Assembly (NCBI RefSeq): GCF_006345805.1
Contig: NC_043005.1
Coordinates: 39,556,001-39,620,000, forward strand
Direction of reading: 5' to 3'
Origin: Octopus sinensis
Taxonomy: Eukaryota
DNA: 64,000 nucleotides
The notes beneath the pieces were generated by a model. That model was not told where the DNA came from. It made no database searches and was given only the letters and a program-made list of their open reading frames with translations. Below, in pieces: positions 54,683-64,000 of the stretch (position 1 is the stretch's first letter; the number at the start of each line of letters is the position of its first letter). A program made the translations under genes and the position numbers.

Positions 54683-55005
54683 GAAGGAGCATTGCTCAGT
54701 GGTTAGAGCATTGGGCTTACATTCGTAAAGTTGTGAGTTCGATTCCCGGACCAGGCTGTGTGTTGTCTTCTTCAGCAAGGCGCTTTACTTCACGTTGATT
54801 CCAGTTCGCTCAGCTATAGAAAAGAGTCGTTGCATCACTGGTGAAGCTGCAATGGCCATTACCTTTCCCATGAACAACATCGATGGGCTGACGTGGTCTG
54901 GCATGAAGCTAGGAGACTCCTATGTACAGGCGACTGTACAGATTTGCACAGATTTGACTTCGGGGGAAGGTCTATGTGCAATAACTTGGTCATTCGTGAT
55001 CGAAG
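54683..55005 (+). mobile_element. Old tRNA-derived SINE (family A-like head, different 3' module)
   Basis: GCTCAGTGGTTAGAGC A box, GAGTTCGATTCCC B box, CTTCACGTTG..CCAGT. Confidence 0.75.
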
Positions 55006-55025
55006 TATGTGTAGAATGATTGATA

Positions 55026-55194
<169 letters not shown>

Positions 55195-55319
55195 ACCAAC
55201 AATCTAGGAAAGTTTGAATATCACAACCTCTGGCTTTTCTTACCAATCTCTGGATTCATTTACATTTCTTAACTCTTAAATTTATTTTAAGATGAGATAT
55301 TGTTGTTTTCTTTCACAGA

Positions 55320-56100
55320 AATAAACAGAGAGAGAAAAAAAAGGTCTAGTGGCTAGTGATCTATCATGGCGAATGCCGGTCAGAGGGGTCATACAGGAGA
55401 CCTAGGAAGAAGGGGAGATAAAAATTAGTGATGATCCCAAAATGTGCGTGTGGAAGGAAGCTGGTGACCTTGACGTGTGCGTGTATGCATGTGTAGGAGT
55501 GTGGATGATGGTGTGGGTGCTGGGAAGTGGTCAGTGCTAGTGTGTGCGGGATGGTGTGATGTGGTGTGGTTTGGTATGATGTGTGGTGGTGTTTGGGTGA
55601 ATGGGAGATGCAAGGGTGGGGTGTAAGGGATGGGTGGGGTTGGAATGGGATGTATAGAGATAGTTGGGCTGGAATGTGTAGGGGTGTGGTAACGAGGAAG
55701 GCATTTTAGATGAATGGAGAGGGTGGAAGGGAAAAGGTGAGTAGGGGTGAAGAGAGGAAGTAGGTGTCAGAGCAAGAGAGCAGAGGTGGGTTGGAGGAAG
55801 TAGGTGTGAGAGGAAGAGAGGAGAGAGGAGGAGGTTTAGATGAAGAGGGAGGAGCGTTGAGTGCGTGTGGCGCAAAGGAGCGAAGAAAGAAGATTAATCC
55901 CTATTCACGTCGAAGACGGGAGTCCGGGTGGCCCCTGTGCAAGGATAATCCGAACACAGACAGGTGTTGTAAAGAATGACCGGTAGAGCGGAAATGGTGC
56001 GAGACCGGGGTGTCGTTGCCGAGTCTGATGTCCCGGAATTGTTCCGCGAACCGGTCAGCCAATTCGCGTCCCGTTTGACCGATTTATAGAGAAGGACAGA
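55320..56100 (-). mobile_element. Penelope-like element 3' fragment (GIY-YIG at 55836-56100 plus C-rich 3' UTR); a different clade from the 10.8-13.5 kb element
   Basis: CPSL*IGQTGRELADRFAEQFRDIRLGNDTPVSHHFRSTGHSLQHLSVFGL..RLRRE*GLIFFLRSFAPHALN: YIGQT..R..EH..HF...H..E...P.GLN pattern. Confidence 0.88.
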
Positions 56101-56314
56101 GAGAAAGCAGGAGATGCAGTAGATGACGTTGCTAGAAGTTCAGGTGAAGGAGTCAGTGCCGTAAGTCCAAAATGTTGCTTTTTTAGAAAACGAAAAATTA
56201 CTTTCACCACTTCATAGCAAAACCGTTGCACTAAACTTAGACAATTTTTGATATTTTGGACATACAACAATTTAACATAATACCAAAAAACATATATATA
56301 TATATATATATATA

Positions 56315-56920
56315 TAACAAAAATAAGGATCACATCTTTATTTGTTGAATTCACTATACAAAGCCGATGATTGTTTCTGTCGTATCCACATACTTAGATA
56401 CGTATATGTATTATTATTCAAATTAATATATCCGAAAATACATGTTAATTTCTAAGGTCATTCAAAATTAATTAAATTAACATGGTAATGTTGAGGTATG
56501 ACAATTAGAAACATGGAGATTCTACGTCACGACAGTTAGTTATTTATCTATTAAATATATACGAAACATTTTTAGAAAAATTATGCTTATTATATAATAT
56601 ATCAAAAGCAATTATAGTTAAAAATTGAAATATTTCAATGCCTTCTGAAATTTGTAACAATTTCATTGTAAAATTACCATTATAATTTAATAATGTTAAT
56701 TTAGAAATTATCATGTAGTACATTTCTGACGAAATTTTCTTAGTTCATTTTCAATTTAATTAATTTTGAATCTTGAAAACGATATGTTAACATGTATTTT
56801 CGCATATATAAATATGGATATTTTATGTGTCTTAATATGCCGATACAACAGAAACGGTTGTCGACATTGTCTGATGAATTCAACAATTAAACACGCGATT
56901 CTCTATCAGTATTTTTGTTA
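56315..56920. mobile_element. Old inverted (fold-back) pair with HHR-like boxes
   Basis: TTGTTGAATTCA..TTTCTG..CGAAAATACATGTTAA..TTCAAAATT (about 56340-56475) inverted at about 56755-56887. Confidence 0.65.
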
Positions 56921-57110
56921 TCTAATACTCTAAATTTCACGAAATTCTTCTAAATGATATTTGGGTCTACTTGTCATTCATGAGTAATTCTCTTGGTTGT
57001 GTATTCTACTTGCATCTATTGGTATCTGATTGTCTGATATAGTTTTAAAAATTCGTTTGAATCTGAGTACTTTATTGATATCTGCCTGGACTTTTTAATT
57101 TCTTTTTTCT

Positions 57111-57204
<94 letters not shown>

Positions 57205-57681
57205 ATTTGAACAGGAAACCTAAAGGACTAGAAAGATGTAGAATTACTGCAAGGTGTTCTTTTACTTGAAGCTCAAACGATTCTACCAGGTCGCCACCCA
57301 TTAACACGCGTGATATAATGGCTTCTAATTTAGATGCAACACTGACAATTTCTCGACATGAAGCAGTCATTCTAAGCCAGCGGTCACAGCCTTTCCCACA
57401 ATCAAACTAAATTTAAATCAGAAACTGTTAGTGGTCTTCCAATTACGACATGTCGGATGACAATTCATTTATCAGGATTTCATTAAGACTTTTACATTTT
57501 TTTCTCTTTCTATTGGGCTTTATGCTTGTTTTTTTCATTTTTTCCTTTACTTGATGCTTTGGTGTTTTATCCTTTTTTGAACAGTCAAAAAGAAGTATTT
57601 TTTGTCCTGCCCCATTCCGAGCACAACGATGTGCATCATGTCGAAAAGACACAAATTCTATGAATTTAGATAGATATATCT

Positions 57682-57713
<32 letters not shown>

Positions 57714-57720
57714 TAGATAA

Positions 57721-57767
<47 letters not shown>

Positions 57768-57783
57768 CACACATACATATTAT

Positions 57784-57834
<51 letters not shown>

Positions 57835-57919
57835 AATACACACCTATCAATGTGAGTAGATATGTAAATGTGTGTATGTATGTGTATGTATATATATATT
57901 TATATATAAATGAAATGTG

Positions 57920-57955
<36 letters not shown>

Positions 57956-58559
57956 GTGAAGTTACATCCTTTCATATAAAGGGATCCCCCGCTTTGCGGA
58001 ATCCTTTCCTATATATCTGGCCGTAACATGAACTTAATTTCCTGTTGATTTTCATATAATGTTAAGATTGCGTTCCTACGAACTTCTTCGAAAGAAAAAA
58101 TATCACAAGAAAACAGAAAACAAGAGAGAACAAGCAATTCGATCACCTTTATATAGGAAAATGACAATTTCTAAATGTGCAGAATAGTATAGAATAGATA
58201 CATGCAAAAAAAAAAAAAACTTTCGTGTGAAATAAGGTGAAGAATCGTAATATCGTAAAAGAAAGTTTTTACCACAAAAAATGTTGTTCACAATGCGGGA
58301 GGTGGTGGTGGAATGATCGTCACGAGGGAGGTGAGGGGTTATATTTATTAAATTATAGTTTGTGATCATGGAAATCAGCTTAACGGGTGAATACCTTATC
58401 CAAAGTTTATTATTGCTTATGGCGCATCATCTCTTTGTACAGCTTAGCACGGGACCCCATTGTAAACTTTTCGTGGAACTTTTGTGCTACATTCACGATT
58501 AGGATTATCACCAGCAAAAACCTGCAACCTTCCTCTGTAAGTGCAAAGCTTTAACAATA

Positions 58560-59720
58560 ATTTTCGTTATCAGTTTAAGTTATGTAAGTGGAACTTTCGT
58601 TGTCTCATCTGTATTCTTAACTTATTCTTTTTCTAATACCAGCTCCTCATTTAATGTCACAAGTACAATTTAACCATATATTTTTCCAAGCAACTTTCAA
58701 ATTTGGTTTCACTTCATCCCATGCCCCAGCTAAATTATCCGCAGCATCTATTACGTTGAATTTCTGCCTTGGCTGGAGCAAAGAAGTTCTATTCTTGAGG
58801 ATATATTCAGCCCTCACATTATCATCAATCTTCGCTGGGTGGCTCGGTGCATTGTCCAAAAGAAGCAATGGTTTGTTGGAAATATTATGTCTGTCATTGT
58901 ACCTTTCTACGGAGGGACATAAAATGTTTTAAAACCACTCGTTAAAAAGGCTCTTAAACATCGAAGCCTTATTTGACCGCCAAATCAGAAGTAAATTAAA
59001 CTTTGTGTAACTCATGAAAGTCCTTGGATTTTCAGAGTGATATACGTGTAGGGGTTTTAATTTCATATCACACGCGTCATTTCCTCCCAGATGAAGTGTC
59101 AGATATTTTTGGAAGTCCTAGTGTTCATTTTACCTATCGAAAAATAGAAGTTCTAGCAAATAAGCACCGCTAGAATAGTGCGGTCATCAACATTGTGTAC
59201 TTGCTATGGTGAGTAGCCCCATTCAGAAATCACTTTCTTCAACTTCTTATGATAATTATTAGCAGTTTCCGTATCAGCACTCACAATTTCGCTACTTGAA
59301 CCTTTCAAACTAGCCGTTACTAGTCAAGCAGAGTTTTTCAAAAGACGTTTCACCTTTTTTCGGCAAATAGTCATATAAACATGTAACTCATTTTTCAATT
59401 ATCCATTACGCCGATATTGACCTTCCATCCATACACACTCTCGAGTCATTCCATTTTAAGCACTATATGAGATCTATGGAAAAATAATGTCTGGACAGTT
59501 AACAGAGTAGCTTCTTGAGCACTTGATATAATTTTCTCTCTGTTATCAAGTATTGCTCCCACTGTAGAGGTTACAAGATTTAATGTTTTGGCAAACTTAG
59601 TTTTACTTCCGCATCAAGTAACTTTAAAACATGAAGTGTAATTCCTTTACGGCTCCTTTTCGTACTACTGACTTTAGGCTGGCTTGATAACTTCTTTCCA
59701 TATATCTCAGACTGAAAGCA
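58560..59720 (-). mobile_element. pogo/Tigger (TIGD1-like) transposase remnant
   Basis: LGGNDACDMKLKPLHVYHSENPR..IWRSNK..LFNEWF..LLLLDNAPSHP..NRTSLLQP..AWDEV..WKNIW. Confidence 0.88.
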
Positions 59721-59920
59721 AATCCAACAGCAGCAGCGATTAATCCACAGCAAATATGTAGCAAAAAGACTTGTCGCGGGAAAGATTTACTTTGTGAAAG
59801 CAGCGTTATTCCTATGGATGTAATAATGACAATGAGATGACTCAGGAAAAGAAAATACTGTGATTACAGTTAGCTTGAAGGGTTACAAGATTTTTATTAG
59901 CAATTCGCTACTTGCACTTC

Positions 59921-60385
59921 TAAGGAGATAGAAAGGGAGAAGAAAAAAAAACATAAAAGTTTATAGTTCAACTTTCCGAAGTTATAAAAACTAGATCATG
60001 AGTCTTTGGGTGCAATCCTACGTAGATCCATGAGCAGTTTATTATTTAAGCTAACGTCGATTCCTCCGTGGTGTTGTTTTGCATGGATCAACGCAGGATT
60101 GCACCCAAGGACTCATGTTCTGGTTTTTCTAACTTCGGAAAGTTGAACTATTAACCTTTATGCTTCTTTTTTCTTCTCACTTTCCATCTCCTTATTCTTT
60201 TACACCCTTCCTTTATGTTGTCATCTTATTGATATATACCATTCTCATTTTCCATACTTTCTTCCCCTATTTGTAGCTGATGACGGAATATCCCAAACTC
60301 GAGGATATCTCAAAAACAGCTATAAAATTTTGAATTTCTTCCCATAATAACATTGCATATGACTTAAGATATTTGTCTTGCCTTA
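59921..60385 (+). mobile_element. PLE 3' end with inverted 5' duplication and degenerate HHR
   Basis: Arms 59921-60032 and 60082-60194; CTGATGA 60277, stem atatcc/ggatat, AAAA-cagct-ATA (core GAAA and GTA both mutated). Confidence 0.75.
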
Positions 60386-60591
60386 ATGTTTGGCGTCCTG
60401 TTTAACTATTATAAATCCGCTGCATCGGAAATCTGCAATGACTCCATAACTATGGTCTCGGCTATAACCTTGGAGCCCCAATAATCCGTTACGGCACTTA
60501 CCTAGTGTACCTAATCGTTTAGATCTCCTGTGAACTAAACCCCCATACTTTCTGTATATATGTGTGTGTGCGTGTGTGTATACATATGTAT

Positions 60592-60646
<55 letters not shown>

Positions 60647-61003
60647 TATATATGTGTGTGCATATATATATGTATGTATGTATATATGCATGAACACACA
60701 CATTATATCGATTTCGTTAAGGTGTTCACAAAAAGTGTGAGTGTCACAACCTACTCCATTTGTTTTTATTAATGTTTCATTTCATCAACACTTATGTTTG
60801 AACAAGTCACCAATTAAAATGCTATAACATTACACACCCACAAAAACACATGCACATACACTCACACATACTCATAATCTACTATGAAACTAGATTCTTT
60901 CCAATACTAATTTCTTTTCCGACCGTTTCATTTCAGCTGATTAAATTTTTAAACTATACAGTATCAAGGTAATCAGCAATAGTTAATTTTTTATATTTAC
61001 TAC

Positions 61004-61078
61004 TATCATCATCATCATCATCATCACCATCACCATCACCACCACCACCACCACCATCACCACCACCACCATCATCAC

Positions 61079-61113
<35 letters not shown>

Positions 61114-61223
61114 CCATCATCATCACCACCACTATCACCACCACCATCACCACCACCACTACCACCACCACCACCTCCACCACCTCCACCACCATCACCA
61201 CCACCACCACCACCACCACCACC

Positions 61224-61269
<46 letters not shown>

Positions 61270-61270
61270 A
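61004..61270. repeat. (CAT)n/(CAC)n trinucleotide repeat
   Basis: Direct reading. Confidence 0.97.
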
Positions 61271-61333
61271 TCATTACCATTATCATTATTATTTAAATGA
61301 TTGATGTTACTCTTCCAGAAAGTAAAGAAACAA

Positions 61334-61371
<38 letters not shown>

Positions 61372-61381
61372 TATTATTATT

Positions 61382-61595
61382 AAGGCGGTGAGCTGGAAGA
61401 ATCTTTAGCACAGCGGATGAAAAGCTTAGCGGTATTTCGCCCGTCGCTACGTTCTGAGTTCAAGCTCCCCCGATGTCGACCTTGCCTTTCATCCTTTCGG
61501 GGACGATAAAATAAGTACCCATGACACATTGGGCTTGGTGTAATCGACTAGTCGCCTCCCCAATTGCAGGCTTTGTGCCTTTAGTAGAAAGGATT
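61382..61595 (+). mobile_element. SINE family B monomer inserted in (ATT)n
   Basis: AAGGCGGTGAGCTGG..GCTTAGCGGTATTTCG..GTTCTGAGTTCAA..GCCTTTCATCCTTTCGGGG..AATAAGTACC. Confidence 0.88.
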
Positions 61596-61613
61596 ATTAT
61601 TATTATTATTATT

Positions 61614-61646
<33 letters not shown>

Positions 61647-61671
61647 GCTGTTGTTGTTGTTGTTGTTGTTA

Positions 61672-61940
61672 TGTGGATGCATGGTTAGAGTGTTGCGCTC
61701 ATGATCGTGAGATCGTAGTTTCAATTCATAGCCCGGGTGGTGCGTTGTGTTCTTGAACAAAACACTTCATCTCACGTTGCTCTGCGATCACTTATACACC
61801 TGGTGCCTATTCAGGCAACGTCGATTTGGGGAAATTGAACTAACGTAGAATACATACATTTGATCACTCTAGACAAATCATTTCTGCAGGTTATTCAACA
61901 AAAAGACTAAACACTCATACGTCGTCTTCGATGGGTAAGT
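61672..61940 (+). mobile_element. SINE family A head with another 3' module
   Basis: TGGTTAGAGTG..GTTTCAATTC..GCGTTGTGTTCTTGAACAAAACACTTCAT..CACGTTGCTC followed by a distinct tail. Confidence 0.75.
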
Positions 61941-63239
61941 CCATTGTTATTTTTTTCATTATTATTAATGGGGTGATTTTTAATTATACGCTGTTCATTG
62001 TCTGTCTATGTATATATAGTGATAAGTTTCGATATCTAAAGAATATGTCCGGCTGGTGGCGGAGACTTGCACGTAGAATCGAGCTCTGGCTCACAAACAG
62101 TCCTTATCTCATCTTATTCGAAATCAATGTCGTTGAGTGAAATCCATGGTGATTGTACTATATTCACCAATACTGATCACCTAACAGCAGCTGGTGCCCA
62201 GCTAGAGTAGCGGCCAAGCACGTTGTGTGTATAACAATTATCCACTGGACTCTGCATGTGTTGACGGGTCTTAACTGATACCAGTCGTTTATCAGTCGTT
62301 ATATCATCAACTTTTAATAAAGAATTTCTAAAAGAAGAGGAAATCTTTAATACAATACTCCGTTTCTACGTATCTCACGTGTTGCAGTCTTCACATTCTA
62401 TGTCTTTTAATTTTAGTCGGATAACAATGGATAAATCTTTGAGAGAGGCTGATATCAGTTAATCCTGACAAAACCAGCGCAACAACTTCCCAACTAGTAG
62501 ACGATGACGATATTTTAACTGAAAACCAGGTTTTTTTCCATGCCTCAACATACAGTAATCCGAGAAAAGAGACGGGAAGTCAGTTTTCATCACTCCTATA
62601 AAAAAAAATCTGTAGAAATATAGCTGGACAGAACAAGTATTTCTCGAAACCGGCGACGTTCGTTGGTCCCACTAGCACAAAGAAGAATGTTGCCGGTATT
62701 AGCATCATGTCTCCAGACTGGGGTTAATTTCATCTCTTCCGCCAACCAATCACAGAGGCCTTGAAAATGGCCCTAGGCGAGACTGCTCTCTCTTCACTGA
62801 GTAAACCAGTAATATATACAAAAACAAACGATGCACAATTAAAAAAGCGTAAACATTAAACGATTTTTTTTTTCTTTCATTAAACAACTAAAGTTTTGTG
62901 TCTACAGAGGAACTAAATTGAGATGAAGTTAATAATAGTGTTTAACAGTGAATGTATTAGAAATATATTTGAAGATGTAAACAATGGGAATTTTATTGAA
63001 ATATAAAGTGTGATAGTATGTGTATGTATGTGCTAGTGTTTATATGAACGTATGCTAATGTGTGCATCATACTGGTGTAAGTAGGTGTTCATTTCAGATT
63101 ATGAATGAGAAATATTGACTTTTCATCGTATCGTGTGTGTGTGTGTATGTGTGTGTGTGTGTGGTTGCGCGTCCGTCTGCGTCTGCACGTGTGTGGTGAG
63201 AAAGAAAGGCGTAAGGGCGAAAGAGAGGGATCCTAGTGC

Positions 63240-63242
63240 GTG

Positions 63243-63300
<58 letters not shown>

Positions 63301-63533
63301 TATAATATATATGTATATATACATATATATATATATACATATATATATGTGTAAATGTATGTATATATATATGTATGCACATACAGATATGCATATATAT
63401 TATATATATAATATATATATATATATATGCACATACAGATATGCATATATATATACATATATATATATATCTTATGCACTACAGATATGCAGATATATTA
63501 TACATATATATATACATATATATATTATATATA

Positions 63534-63578
<45 letters not shown>

Positions 63579-63690
63579 GAACACACACACATATATTACC
63601 CATATACGCACGTTTATAAATGTACATGTACATCTATAGATCAAGTATTTCCTCTGTGTGTATGTACATACATATACATACATACATATC
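63240..63690. repeat. (AT)n-rich compound microsatellite
   Basis: Direct reading. Confidence 0.95.
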
Positions 63691-64000
63691 CGGGTTAACA
63701 CTAGATTGATACTATTATCCACATGCATGCCTACGTGCGTGGATATATACATCCACATATTTTTACATGTGTGTGTGTGTGCATGCGCGCGCGCGTGTGT
63801 TATGATTAATTAGTATAGTCCTACCAATAAAATACACATCAGAATCATGTTAAACCATAAAAAACAATTATTACATCTCAGGAGTTGTTTATGAAACCAC
63901 TATAATTATACAGCTTAAAAAAAAATAGTACACACAGGCGCACATATACACAAGCACATATACACATATACATACATACGTATGAACATGCAAATACACA

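Noticed and set aside
57560-57660. Polypyrimidine tract plus CAG as a host exon acceptor
   Set aside because: No convincing donor site or recognisable peptide before the microsatellite.

Overview
AT-rich, microsatellite-saturated animal genomic DNA, most likely an octopus (inferred from the SINE families and repeat landscape). It contains two 100-N scaffold gaps. I find no supportable host protein-coding exon; nearly all ORFs in the track are microsatellite read-throughs. The window is a transposon graveyard: (i) many Penelope-like element (PLE) pieces with GIY-YIG remnants and type-I hammerhead ribozyme (HHR) cores, repeatedly arranged as fold-back (inverted) insertions in dinucleotide microsatellites; (ii) three or more tRNA-type SINE families, including modular hybrids and head-to-tail multimers that share a fixed junction; (iii) decayed LINEs (R4/Dong-like, CR1-like); (iv) DNA transposons (two mariners, a pogo/Tigger, a Charlie-type hAT with TSD, a hAT MITE), a Helitron with both ends and a Helentron/HINE. 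Several non-repetitive islands rich in homeodomain-type motifs may be cis-regulatory. The most notable signals are the family of HHR-bearing, coding-free PLE hairpins and the SINE multimers. All alignments and folds were done by eye, so boundaries of old elements are approximate.
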